A DNA stretch of 64,000 nucleotides from an uncultured Candidatus Saccharibacteria bacterium. GTDB lineage: Bacteria; Patescibacteriota; Andersenbacteria; UBA10190. Of this stretch, positions 38,912-49,047 are shown in pieces. A program made the translations under genes and the position numbers. The notes beneath the pieces are model-generated. The model saw only the letters and a program-made list of their open reading frames with translations, did no database searches and had not been told where the DNA came from. The stretch covers positions 2,553 to 66,552 of the forward strand of contig CAYJKV010000002.1 of NCBI GenBank assembly GCA_964371255.1. Direction: 5' to 3'. Positions within the stretch are counted from its first letter, which is position 1. Every line of letters begins with the position of its first letter.

Positions 38912-39175
38912 CTTTCCAGTATTGCTGATATCACCCCGGACGGCCAGCTTTTGCCCCGCTGTGCCACTTGCTTATCCATCACAAAATATTCTGTAGTCAT
39001 TTACCCCCCCCAGATTCCCTCGGGCATGCCAGCTTCGCTTAACTGGACTTGGGTTTGACTAATAGATCAATTGTCTGTATATATTACCTTCGTCTGGTTG
39101 AACGAACACCAAAATCAACTTTCTGACCATCTCCTGGCTCGTTTACAACTTAGAGAACCATATAAGGAAAACACT

Positions 39176-39820
39176 ATGGTCCAGCCCAAGCATTTGTTTG
39201 ACCCTGTTACTTCTAATGATCTGTGGCAAGGCAATGCCTTAGCCGGCCGCGAATGCGCTATGTTTGCGCTCCTGTTGCGCCTGCTGACCGATAATAATTG
39301 TCAGGACAAACTATCTTGCCCTGCTCTTTTGGAAGCTGTCACTCCCAGCCGGTCAGCCCAACGTGATCGTTTCCTGAGTGCTTTTCTACAATGCGTTAGG
39401 TTGCTTAGCCGCGCTGAACGCAAGGGTATCAGGCGTTTCTTCTTAGATCAACTGGTACCCGACTTCACTTCCAGCCAAAGCTACAACTCCTATCTGCATC
39501 GCCGTTGGTTAGAAGAATCAACCGAGTTGTCTGACAGTGAACCAGCCAAAGACCCCGCTTTTCGTGCCTGGTGTGCCGCTCAGGGTTGTCGCAAACTTTT
39601 GCTCGCCGATCTGTTTCTTTTACTCGTAGAGCGCCACTCCTGCATTATGGAAGAAAAGTTCAAAACCGTCTGGCAGAGCCTCCGCCCCCTCTCGGCTGCC
39701 CAGCTGCGTACGATTATGTGGCGGATTATCCAGTGCGGTGCCCGCGTTGAGGAAATTGACCCCGGGTCTTTCCCCCGTCGCTATTTGATCACAACCCACC
39801 GGTTCTCAATCGCGATTTAG
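39176..39820 (+). CDS. Hypothetical Cys/Arg/Leu-rich ORFan in a stand-alone cassette
   Basis: TTGACT-N17-TATATA (39055-39083); AAGGA 7 nt before ATG 39176. Confidence 0.65.
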   Translation: MVQPKHLFDPVTSNDLWQGNALAGRECAMFALLLRLLTDNNCQDKLSCPALLEAVTPSRSAQRDRFLSAFLQCVRLLSRAERKGIRRFFLDQLVPDFTSSQSYNSYLHRRWLEESTELSDSEPAKDPAFRAWCAAQGCRKLLLADLFLLLVERHSCIMEEKFKTVWQSLRPLSAAQLRTIMWRIIQCGARVEEIDPGSFPRRYLITTHRFSIAI

Positions 39821-39840
39821 CGTCGCCTGCCCGATTGAAT

Positions 39841-41154
39841 TTAATCGGGTTTTTTTATAGTTTTAAATCCGACCCAACGCTGTAACACTGGCGGCACTTT
39901 GATGCTGCCATCCGCCTGCTGATAGTTTTCCATGATAGCTATCAAGGTTCGGCCCGCAAACACGGTCGCGTCATTCATATGTACCATTTCTCGTTGGCCA
40001 TTCTCGCGCCGTACCTTAGTTTGCAGCCGCCTAGCCTGATAGTCACTGTTGTAATCGGAGGTGTGTGTTTCGCGATAACATTCTTGTCCCATCATCCAAG
40101 TCTCAATATCTATCTGCCGGGCATCCGGATCTCCCATATCACCGGTGCAGATTGCCACCACCTGATAAGGCAGTCCCAAATCCCCTGCCAGCTTTTCTTG
40201 AATGGCCACGATAAAGTCTTGTTCCGCCTCGGCTAGTTCTGGCACGCTAAAACTTTCAATTTCCATCTTCTCAAACTGGTGTACTCGCAAAATACCCCTG
40301 ACGTCCTTGCCGTGACTGCCTGACTCCCGGCGGAAAGCCGGCGAATAACCGACATACCGGCGCGGCATTGTCTTTTCGGCCAAAGTTTCACCCATGTGTA
40401 AGGGGCCTAAAGTATGCTCCGCACTGCCGATTAGGTATAGATTATCACTGGGTATAAAATAACGCTCTTCTTTTGGGTTTAGTCGCGCCATTTTACTTAA
40501 GACATCCTCTCGAATTAAGGCCGGGGGCATCACGGGGATAAATGGTTTATCACTAACGGACAATTTCTTTTCCTTTATTATTTCTGCCAATTTGTTTTTA
40601 TCCGTGACTAACTCCAAGACATATTGGATCAAGGCGAACTGGAGCTGAACCAAGGGCCCCATCAGATAAGCGAACCTAGTCCCGCTAACCGCCGCTGCCT
40701 TCTCGCTATCTATCAAACCCAGCTTCTTTCCTAAATCCCAATGGGCCAGAGTCTTAAAATCAACTTTTGGCGGTTCGCCTACTTTTCTTAAGATCTTATT
40801 GCCGCTGGCGTTTGGTCCTTGTGGCACGTCAGGTGTGATTAAATTTGGCAATGCTTCCCACAGCTCTTGCCTTTGTTGTGTTGCCTTGGCCAAGTTGGCT
40901 AAGGTCAACTTAGACTGCTTCGCCACCGTTTGCATTTCGCTGATTAATTGCTTTTTTTCATCCGGTTTACCGGCGGCAATTCTTTCTGTGGCCACATTTT
41001 GTTCTGCCCGTAATTTCTCGGCCGTCTGGCTTAGTGTTCGCCAAGTTTCATCGGCTTGTTTTAATGCCAAAATTTGCTCTTTTTGAATACCGCGCCTGCT
41101 TAGATTAGCCGCTACCTCATCGGTTTTATGACGCACTAGTTCAATATCAATCAT
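39841..41154 (-). CDS. serS: Serine--tRNA ligase
   Basis: N-terminal coiled coil, GSAEH, FRRESGSHGKDVRGILRVHQFEK, ENYQ. Confidence 0.96.
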   Translation of the reverse strand: MIDIELVRHKTDEVAANLSRRGIQKEQILALKQADETWRTLSQTAEKLRAEQNVATERIAAGKPDEKKQLISEMQTVAKQSKLTLANLAKATQQRQELWEALPNLITPDVPQGPNASGNKILRKVGEPPKVDFKTLAHWDLGKKLGLIDSEKAAAVSGTRFAYLMGPLVQLQFALIQYVLELVTDKNKLAEIIKEKKLSVSDKPFIPVMPPALIREDVLSKMARLNPKEERYFIPSDNLYLIGSAEHTLGPLHMGETLAEKTMPRRYVGYSPAFRRESGSHGKDVRGILRVHQFEKMEIESFSVPELAEAEQDFIVAIQEKLAGDLGLPYQVVAICTGDMGDPDARQIDIETWMMGQECYRETHTSDYNSDYQARRLQTKVRRENGQREMVHMNDATVFAGRTLIAIMENYQQADGSIKVPPVLQRWVGFKTIKKPD

Positions 41155-41169
41155 AGTGTCGGATAAAAA

Positions 41170-42648
41170 TTATTCATTATTTACGTTCGGTCGCAACAAA
41201 GGAAAGGCGATCGTGTCCCTAATCGATGGCACGTTTGCTAGCAACGCCGCCCACCGGTCAATCCCCATACCCCAACCGCCCGCCGGCGGCATGCCATATT
41301 CCATTGTCAATAAATAATCTTCGTCAATCTCGGCTGCTTCCAAATCGCCCAGCATTCGATTTTCCTGTTGGGCTAAGAATCGCTGCCGCTGCTCAACGGG
41401 ATCGTTTAGTTCCGAATAGGCCTTCACTAATTCCATGCCCGCGACAACCAGCTGCATCATTTCCGCTACTCGCGGATCCTGGGCCTTAGTCTTGGCAAGC
41501 GGCGCTAACTCAACCGGATAGTCATACACAATCGTTGGTTGCACTAAAGTCGGCCGAACAACTTCTTTATATAACTCATCAACTAATTTATTGAATGTCC
41601 TGACTGCCGGCAAGTCTATCTTACGCTTCACAAACACCGCCTCATACGCACCCGGATCCTTTTCCGTTAACACATCCAGCCCAAAGTTCTCTTGCATGAG
41701 TTCAACATACTTAACTCGCCGCCAAGGCATAGCAAACTCCAGTTTAGTAGCACCATGTGTCAAATCAGCACTACTAGTTATGTCTTTAACCATCTTGCTT
41801 AACATTTGCTCCGTAAAATCCATCAGGTCCTCGTAATCGGCATACGCCCAATAAAACTCTGCCATCGTAAACTCGGGATTATGTTCGCGATCCATACCTT
41901 CATTACGAAAGTTGCGGCCAATTTCAAATACTTTTTCCAGGCCGCCCACCAGTAGTCGTTTCAGGTATAATTCCGGCGCGATCCGCAGATACAGGTCCGT
42001 ATTCAGCGCCTTATGATGCGTCACGAAAGGTTGCGCGGCTGCCCCGCCGGCCTGTGGTTGTAGAATTGGTGTCTCCACTTCTAAAAAGCCTGCCTGCTTT
42101 AGATACAACCGCAGCCAATCGATCGTTTCACTTTTGATAATGATTGGCCAGCGTGACTCCTCGTTTTGTAACAAGTCCAGCGCCCGGCGCCGATATCGCT
42201 TTTCCGGATCTTTTAAGCCGTGCCGCTTGTCTGGTAATGGCCTGATATTTTTTGCCAAATAATGCCAATTTTCTGCTAGCAGCGTCTTCATTCCCCGTTC
42301 CGTGGTCGTCGCCTTGCCCGTGACTTGGACAAAGTCACCAGTGTCAATTAGAGCGGACTGTTCATAGCTTTCCCCCAAAGAATCCTGTCCTAATTGTACT
42401 TGTACTTTTCCATATGCATCACTGACGTCAATAAAAGACACTGCGCCATGCCGCCGCGTGGCCAGGACGCGTCCGACGATGATCACTGCTTGTGAGTCTG
42501 CCTGCAACTGGTCAAAATTATTTAGCAATTCGGCTGTCGTGTGGGTTCGTCGGGCCTCAGCCGGATAAGGATTAGTCCCTGCTTTAATTAACTCCTGCCG
42601 TTTAGCCAGTCTAAATTCCCTAATTTCTTGTAATCGTTCAAGCGCCAT
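41170..42648 (-). CDS. lysS: Lysine--tRNA ligase (class II)
   Basis: EVETP, YLRIAPELYLKRL, FRNEG, HNPEFT, YGMPP.GG.G.GIDR. Confidence 0.97.
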   Translation of the reverse strand: MALERLQEIREFRLAKRQELIKAGTNPYPAEARRTHTTAELLNNFDQLQADSQAVIIVGRVLATRRHGAVSFIDVSDAYGKVQVQLGQDSLGESYEQSALIDTGDFVQVTGKATTTERGMKTLLAENWHYLAKNIRPLPDKRHGLKDPEKRYRRRALDLLQNEESRWPIIIKSETIDWLRLYLKQAGFLEVETPILQPQAGGAAAQPFVTHHKALNTDLYLRIAPELYLKRLLVGGLEKVFEIGRNFRNEGMDREHNPEFTMAEFYWAYADYEDLMDFTEQMLSKMVKDITSSADLTHGATKLEFAMPWRRVKYVELMQENFGLDVLTEKDPGAYEAVFVKRKIDLPAVRTFNKLVDELYKEVVRPTLVQPTIVYDYPVELAPLAKTKAQDPRVAEMMQLVVAGMELVKAYSELNDPVEQRQRFLAQQENRMLGDLEAAEIDEDYLLTMEYGMPPAGGWGMGIDRWAALLANVPSIRDTIAFPLLRPNVNNE

Positions 42649-42731
42649 TGTTAATAAGAGTAACTAGAAAATACAAAAGAGTACACTCCCGCCAAAGTTT
42701 CCCGCCCGATTTTCTGCCTGTCTTCTGTAAT

Positions 42732-43187
42732 CTATAAAATTTCAATAACTTCACAATCCTTCTCACCGGCCGGGGTGGGGATCAAGACTTTTTCGCCTTT
42801 TTTTCTGCCCATCAACGCTTGCCCCATCGGTGACTCATTACTGATCTTAGCCGCCATTGGATCCGCTTCATTTGAACCGACAATGCGATAAACAATTTCC
42901 TGACCGTTGCAATTAAGCTTGACCACATTACCCACGCTCACTTCATGCTTATTGGCGTGTGTAACGACATGAGCATTTTTCAAAGCCGCTTCCAGTTCCG
43001 AAATTTTTGTCTCGATGCGTCTTTGCTCCTCCTTGGCGTTTACATACTCTGCGTTCTCTGATAAGTCTCCTTGCTCCTTGGCAGTATGAATAGCTTCAGC
43101 AATTTCGCGGCGTCTGACCGTTTTCAATTCTTGTAGTTTTTCTTGTAGGTCTTTTAACCCTTCCTTAGTTAAGTATGTTTCTTTCAT
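42732..43187 (-). CDS. greA: Transcription elongation factor GreA
   Basis: GDLSENAEY, ISNESPMG. Confidence 0.96.
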   Translation of the reverse strand: MKETYLTKEGLKDLQEKLQELKTVRRREIAEAIHTAKEQGDLSENAEYVNAKEEQRRIETKISELEAALKNAHVVTHANKHEVSVGNVVKLNCNGQEIVYRIVGSNEADPMAAKISNESPMGQALMGRKKGEKVLIPTPAGEKDCEVIEIL

Positions 43188-43419
43188 ATGTTCTTTAAAA
43201 TTAATATACTCTCGAATTGATTAAAACAATCTATCAAACTCAATATGATCGTTACTGGCTTACTAGGATGAAAGTCTATGAGGGCTAGCCATTCTGGTCA
43301 AGTATTTTTGTTCACACTTTGTCACTGATAATTGACAGTTTACTCCGCTGACCCTGCCCATAAATTTTCCTTCAAGTAAGGTTGTTTATTATTACCAAGT
43401 CACCCGCAATTTGTAAAGA

Positions 43420-45282
43420 TTATTTACCGTGCTCGATCCACCATTGCCAAATTTCCTCTGCCACCGGGATCGCATCTACATCCCCTTTGCCTCCCTCTTC
43501 CAGCAACACTGTAATTACTAAATTAGGGCTTTCTATAGGTCCATAACTTGTGAACCAGGCATGTGTGACATCTTCCCTGGCGTCTAACTGGGCTGTCCCA
43601 GTCTTGCCGGCTAAGGCGACTGGCAAACTGTTCAATCGGCGAGCCGAACCTTCTTGCACGGCTTGTCTCATCCCCTGCTGGACAATCTGCAGGTTATTGA
43701 TTGTGATTGGCAATTTAGCGCTTACTGCCCTGTGAGTATTATTCACTTCCTTGCCAGTTTTTTGTTCCGCCACCACGAACGGCGTATATACTGTTCCGCC
43801 ATTGGCAATCGCTGCTGTACTCACGGCTACTTGCAGTGGAGAAACTAACACATCTCCTTGCCCTATCCCCAAATGATAAGTGTCGCCGATATACCATGAT
43901 TCATTCTTGGTTTCGCTTTTCCATTCCGGGGACGGCAATAAACCGGCCGCCTCGCCCGGTAAATCAATCCCGGTAATTTTCCCCCATGAAAAACTGTTCA
44001 AATATTTGGTGATTTTTCTAACCCCTAGTCCTTGTTTAGTTTCATCCCCGCCAGCCAGTAAATAGAAAAACGTGTTGACTGATTCCGCGATCGCTTTCGT
44101 CACGTTAGTTTGCCCATGTCCGCCCGCTTTCCAGTCTGGGAAATTCCACTCGCCAATTTGCAGCCCGCCGCTGGACAGTACTGTAGTCTGGCCGGTAATT
44201 AATTTCTCTTGTAAGCCAGCAGCGGCAATCAGCGGTTTAATCGTCGACCCTGGCGGGTATTTGCCGCCAATCGCGCGATTGAACAGAGGCTGTTGCTCAT
44301 CTAGCAACACCGATCGCGACTCCCCCTGACGGGCTGGTTGGGAAAATACGTTCGGATCATAGGCCGGATAATTGACTAGCGCTAATACCGCGCCGGTTAG
44401 TGGATCCAGCGCGATCACGGCGCCGCGTCGTTTCTTTTCAGCTAATATATTGAAAATAAAATCTTGCAGGTCCGCGTCTATTGTTAGTACTAAATCCTGA
44501 CCCGGTTCAGGTGCGGCCTGTGACAACTCCTTTTGCGGATGACCGTCTGCGTTAACTTCTACATACGCGGCCCCCGACTGACCGCGCAATTCCTCATCGT
44601 ATTTTTTTTCAATTCCTGATTTGCCAATAATGTCATTCATCAACAATGATTCATTACTGAGGATTTCCTCCGCGCTGGCCAGCCCCGTATAGCCAATCAC
44701 ATGAGATAAAGCGTATGGTCTTAAATAGTTTCGTACTGACGCGGACGCTAATTGCACCCCCGGTAATTCCTTGAGTGACCGCTCCAGCTCTATGACCACC
44801 TCGTGCGGCAGCGATTTTATTAGCAGGACCGGTTGGATGTTACCTCGCGCTAAATTAATAGCTTCTCTAACCTGCGCCGGTTCCAAATCTGTGTATTTGA
44901 CTAAACCTTCTATTAATACACTCTCGTTCTCCTGGTTAGGCATGGATAACGGATCAAGCACCAAGTCAGTACTGGCAATATTTTCTACCACCTGACGTCC
45001 ATAGCGATCATAAATGATTCCTCGCGGTGCTGCTTGCAGAATTATTGAGACGCGATTTTCCTCCGCCTGCACATGCCAAGCGTCCCCCTGGATTACTTGG
45101 AGGTAATAGCTCCGCCCTAACAGGATAGCCACTGCACTCACTAGAAAAACTCGCAGTAGTTTGTAGCGCATCACGCGTTTCGCCGTTTGGCCATTCAGAC
45201 TGTCTATTATCGACATGGCAGGCACAGAGCGTCTTTGCCCAGATCGCATTCCCCCGCCGGTAAAATAGTTGATTTTATTCAT
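43420..45282 (-). CDS. mrdA: Penicillin-binding protein 2
   Basis: PRGIIYDR, YPPGSTIKP, SVNTFFY, GKTGTAQ; follows mreBCD. Confidence 0.93.
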   Translation of the reverse strand: MNKINYFTGGGMRSGQRRSVPAMSIIDSLNGQTAKRVMRYKLLRVFLVSAVAILLGRSYYLQVIQGDAWHVQAEENRVSIILQAAPRGIIYDRYGRQVVENIASTDLVLDPLSMPNQENESVLIEGLVKYTDLEPAQVREAINLARGNIQPVLLIKSLPHEVVIELERSLKELPGVQLASASVRNYLRPYALSHVIGYTGLASAEEILSNESLLMNDIIGKSGIEKKYDEELRGQSGAAYVEVNADGHPQKELSQAAPEPGQDLVLTIDADLQDFIFNILAEKKRRGAVIALDPLTGAVLALVNYPAYDPNVFSQPARQGESRSVLLDEQQPLFNRAIGGKYPPGSTIKPLIAAAGLQEKLITGQTTVLSSGGLQIGEWNFPDWKAGGHGQTNVTKAIAESVNTFFYLLAGGDETKQGLGVRKITKYLNSFSWGKITGIDLPGEAAGLLPSPEWKSETKNESWYIGDTYHLGIGQGDVLVSPLQVAVSTAAIANGGTVYTPFVVAEQKTGKEVNNTHRAVSAKLPITINNLQIVQQGMRQAVQEGSARRLNSLPVALAGKTGTAQLDAREDVTHAWFTSYGPIESPNLVITVLLEEGGKGDVDAIPVAEEIWQWWIEHGK

Positions 45283-45288
45283 CTGGTG

Positions 45289-45738
45289 TCACCATGATCG
45301 ATTATAATGCACCGCGATAATAGAGAGAAATGCCGCGGTGGTGGTGATAATAAACATTGGCGCTATCACCAGCCACGGCATAGCGCTAAAGCTGGAAGCA
45401 GCCAGCACGTCTGGCAAAAACAACACAAAGGTTTGTATCACAGCCGTTAAGGCTACTACCCCTATAAAAATTGTCCCAAAATCGACTTGCCCGCGCCATA
45501 ACTTTTTAATTATGTAGGGTATAAACACTACCAAACTCCCAATGCCCGGCTGCGTCACCGAATATAATTCCGCATATATTGCCAGCGGGGCCAGGTAAAC
45601 CAACGGACTATCAATAGAATAGGTTAAAACTAACGGGACAAAAATGATAAAAGGCAGCAACCAGACGACTTTGCCTATGACTGTGCTTAAAGCAATTAGT
45701 ACAATGACATATAATATTTCGCGGATATTTTCTCTCAC
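45289..45738 (-). CDS. MreD-like membrane protein
   Basis: Hydrophobic 149-aa protein between mreC and mrdA; call rests on synteny. Confidence 0.6.
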   Translation of the reverse strand: MRENIREILYVIVLIALSTVIGKVVWLLPFIIFVPLVLTYSIDSPLVYLAPLAIYAELYSVTQPGIGSLVVFIPYIIKKLWRGQVDFGTIFIGVVALTAVIQTFVLFLPDVLAASSFSAMPWLVIAPMFIITTTAAFLSIIAVHYNRSW

Positions 45739-46490
45739 GGTGCTATGAGGACAGTTACGGCTCGAAGTTCTGAAGTATCATATGGTAAATTAAGGCGGGC
45801 GCGCTGATATGGCTCGTACTGCTCGTCCTTCGTTTCTCCAATTTGACCGACCACCAACCCATAAGGAACAAGACCTTCCTGGGTGGCCGTCACTACTTGC
45901 TGGCCTGTTTTGACCTCTACATCTCGCGGTATTGTAATCATTTCGACGCTCGTATACGAACGGCCCTGAACTAGTCCCTTGCCGCTATCTTCATCAGCTA
46001 TCACTTCGGCGGGAAAGGTTGATTGCGGGCTAAACAGTAATTGCAAAACAGCTGTCTCTTCAAATAATTGGCTCACAAAACCAACCACGATAGAATTTTG
46101 GATGACCGCGGGTGCTCCAAGTATTAATCCATCTTGAGCCCCTCGATTTATAATCAGTTGGGCGTGATAGGCGTCAAGCGGTTGAGCGGAAATCCGCGCG
46201 TCAATCTCCCTGAATCCGGCCCTGGGGATTGAGCCCAGCTGTTTCATGATTTCTTGATAGTCCTGGCATTCCGCTTTTAAACGGGCGTTTTCCGCTACTA
46301 AACTGCCTATCTGTTCGGCCACATTATTTGGGACTGTTAATGGTCCAATTTGCCATATTCGACCCATTAAACCCACCCAATTATTCCAGGCTATATCGCG
46401 GGCCTTATCCATTAATGGTGTTTGCAGCCACAACAGCACTATGATCGCTAGCGCCAAAATTATAATAAATATCTTGCTTCGTTTAGTCAT
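45735..46490 (-). CDS. mreC: Rod shape-determining protein MreC
   Basis: TM, coiled coil ENARLK, IINRGAQDG, VPYGLVVG; AGGAGG SD. Confidence 0.9.
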   Translation of the reverse strand: MTKRSKIFIIILALAIIVLLWLQTPLMDKARDIAWNNWVGLMGRIWQIGPLTVPNNVAEQIGSLVAENARLKAECQDYQEIMKQLGSIPRAGFREIDARISAQPLDAYHAQLIINRGAQDGLILGAPAVIQNSIVVGFVSQLFEETAVLQLLFSPQSTFPAEVIADEDSGKGLVQGRSYTSVEMITIPRDVEVKTGQQVVTATQEGLVPYGLVVGQIGETKDEQYEPYQRARLNLPYDTSELRAVTVLIAP

Positions 46491-46742
46491 CCTATCCTCC
46501 TCATATTAAGTCCAGCATGTTGAAGTATTCTTATGAGTTATTCGCCTCAGCCCAGACCCGTCGGCCCTCTTTCAAAACGTGAAAACTATTATTAATCCTT
46601 CCCCGTGCGCCCCCATCAACAGTGTCTAATTATACACTACTACCAGTCATGCCAGGAAAAGGCCTGTTTTGTCTCCGGCCAAGATAAATACTATCTGCTT
46701 TTCTTAACAGTCAGTCAGCTATTTGACCGAAGCTTATACCTT

Positions 46743-47801
46743 TTACTTCAGTTGTACGTCATGCACGCTCGGTAGCAGCATCTCCTGCACGGCTTCGATG
46801 TCTTCCAGTACAATGCCGGTGCCGCGCACCACGCTTGTCAGGGGATCGTCAGTCAGCCGAGTTTTTATCTGTGTCGCCTGTCTGATCACCTGATCCAATC
46901 CTCTTACTAAACTGCCGCCTCCTGCTAACATAATACCCTGCTCGATAATGTCGGATATCAGCTCGGGGGGTGTTTCCTCCACCGTATTCCGCACCGCCGT
47001 CACAATCGTGCTGATTGAACGCTGCAGCGCTTCCCTGACTTGGGTATCGCTTAACATCACTTCCTTCGGCAAGCCGGTTACCAAATCCCGCCCCCGGATC
47101 GGTGTTTCCAGCGGGCTTGATAATTCCACAACCGAACCAATTCTGATCTTCACCTCTTCTGCCGACCTTTCTCCCACCAACATATTAAAATTATCACGGG
47201 CGTATTGCATAATATTCTCGTTCATTTCATCTCCGGCTACGCGAATGGTCCGGCTCACTACAATTCCTCCCAGTGATATCACGGCTACTTCGGTTGTGCC
47301 GCCGCCAATATCAACTATCATATTGCCCATCGCTTCATGGACCGGCATGCGCGAGCCAATCGCCGAAGCCATCGACTCTTCAATTAAAAACACATTGCGC
47401 GCGCCAGCTCGCAGGCTTGCTTCTTCTACAGCCCGCCGTTCCACCTCTGTCACCGACGAAGGAATGCCAATAACTACGCGCGGCCTCGGCAGGATATGAA
47501 AACCTTCCTGATGCACCTTTTGAATAAAGTAGCGTAACATCTGTTCCGTCACTTCAAAATCAGATATCACTCCGTCTCGCAGCGGTCTCACTGCTACAAT
47601 ATGGGATGGAGTTTTGCCTACCATCCGTTGTGCGTCGCGCCCGATCGCCAGTACATCGCCTGTTCGTTTATTAATGGCCACCACCGATGGTTCATTAATT
47701 ACTATCCCGCGACCGCGCACATACACCAATGTATTGGCTGTCCCTAAGTCAATGCCGATATCCTGAGAAAAAGCGCCAAATATTTTATCGGTGATTCTCA
47801 T
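46743..47801 (-). CDS. mreB: Rod shape-determining protein MreB
   Basis: IGIDLGTANT, EPSVVA, DIGGGTTE, AGGG. Confidence 0.96.
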   Translation of the reverse strand: MRITDKIFGAFSQDIGIDLGTANTLVYVRGRGIVINEPSVVAINKRTGDVLAIGRDAQRMVGKTPSHIVAVRPLRDGVISDFEVTEQMLRYFIQKVHQEGFHILPRPRVVIGIPSSVTEVERRAVEEASLRAGARNVFLIEESMASAIGSRMPVHEAMGNMIVDIGGGTTEVAVISLGGIVVSRTIRVAGDEMNENIMQYARDNFNMLVGERSAEEVKIRIGSVVELSSPLETPIRGRDLVTGLPKEVMLSDTQVREALQRSISTIVTAVRNTVEETPPELISDIIEQGIMLAGGGSLVRGLDQVIRQATQIKTRLTDDPLTSVVRGTGIVLEDIEAVQEMLLPSVHDVQLK

Positions 47802-49038
47802 TATCCTTTACCCGCCCTACCAGTTCATTTAAACTCATGATTTCCGGTTCCGCTTGGTTTCTCGCTTTCACCTCAATTTTATCCGCTGTTCTATTGGACA
47901 CCACTGCTCGCCACGGCACGCCTATCAAGTCCGCTTCCGCCAACTTTTCTCCGGCCGATACATCAGCTCGGTCATCCCACAACACTTCAATCCCGTTTTC
48001 TTCCAGCTGACGTAAAAAGTGTTCACTTTGAGATACGGTCGCTGCATTGTCCATGTTCAAAATTACCCCATGTACCTGAAATGGAGCTACCGCTTTCGGC
48101 CAGATAATGCCTTTAGCATCATGAAACTTTTCTACTATCACGCCCATGACGCGTGATGAGCCAATGCCGTAGGAAGCCATCACTACCGGTTGCTGCTGTC
48201 CGCTTTGATCGGTGTACGTGTAGCCAAAGGCGCTGGAATATTTTGTTCCCAGCGGAAAAATATTACCAACTTCGCAAGCATGTTTAACCGTCAATTTACC
48301 CCGGGCGTGGTTTTCTACCACTTCCGCGTTAAAGGCTTCGTTAGTTTGCTCATCAATATAAATCGTATCCTCGCCGCTCTCGCACAGTGTTTGAAACTCG
48401 TGCGAAAAATTAGCCGTGAACTCTCCGCCAGTCGCTTTGGTGATGTACGTGTCCTGGCCAATACCTAAACGATTGAAAATTTTCACGTATACTTCTTTTA
48501 CCTTCTCGTAAAATTCCAGCATGTCCTTCTCCGTCGCGTGAAAACTATACAGGTCCTTCATGCGGAATTCGCGCCCCCTTAATAATCCGGACTTTGGCCG
48601 TTCTTCATTGCGAAACTTGGTTTGGATCTGGTAAACAGCAAACGGTAAATCCTTATAGCTGGTTTTAATCTTCTGCGCGATGGGGGTAATTACCTCTTCG
48701 TGACTGGGATTGATAATGTAGTTTGCGCTATTTCTTTTCACGGACGCTTCATTCGCTCCGCTGGCCATAAATAATATATCGATATTTTCTCGGCCTGTTT
48801 GTTGCCATAATTGCTTTGGCGCCAGCGCTGGCATTAACATTTCCGTGCCAACCGCATTCATCTCCTCGCGGATAATATTTTCAATTTTGCCTAGGACACG
48901 CCAGCCTAATGGTAAAAAAGTGTAGACACCGGCCATAGCCTGCTCAATATATCCACCCTTTTGCAGCAGCGTTGCGTTTACTGAATCGTATTCACGGGCA
49001 TCCTTACTTGTTTTAATCAGTAGTGACGAATATCGCAT
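47785..49038 (-). CDS. proS: Proline--tRNA ligase, short form without the editing domain
   Basis: YQIQTKFRNEERPKSGLLRGREFRMKDLYSF, EVGNIFPLGTKYS, YGIG. Confidence 0.95.
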   Translation of the reverse strand: MRYSSLLIKTSKDAREYDSVNATLLQKGGYIEQAMAGVYTFLPLGWRVLGKIENIIREEMNAVGTEMLMPALAPKQLWQQTGRENIDILFMASGANEASVKRNSANYIINPSHEEVITPIAQKIKTSYKDLPFAVYQIQTKFRNEERPKSGLLRGREFRMKDLYSFHATEKDMLEFYEKVKEVYVKIFNRLGIGQDTYITKATGGEFTANFSHEFQTLCESGEDTIYIDEQTNEAFNAEVVENHARGKLTVKHACEVGNIFPLGTKYSSAFGYTYTDQSGQQQPVVMASYGIGSSRVMGVIVEKFHDAKGIIWPKAVAPFQVHGVILNMDNAATVSQSEHFLRQLEENGIEVLWDDRADVSAGEKLAEADLIGVPWRAVVSNRTADKIEVKARNQAEPEIMSLNELVGRVKDNENHR

Positions 49039-49047
49039 GATCTTTGC

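Noticed and set aside
46595-46615. GGGGGCGCACGG as a tmRNA 5' end
   Set aside because: It lacks the following TTCGAC, a tag reading frame and a 3' TTCGA...CCACCA end.
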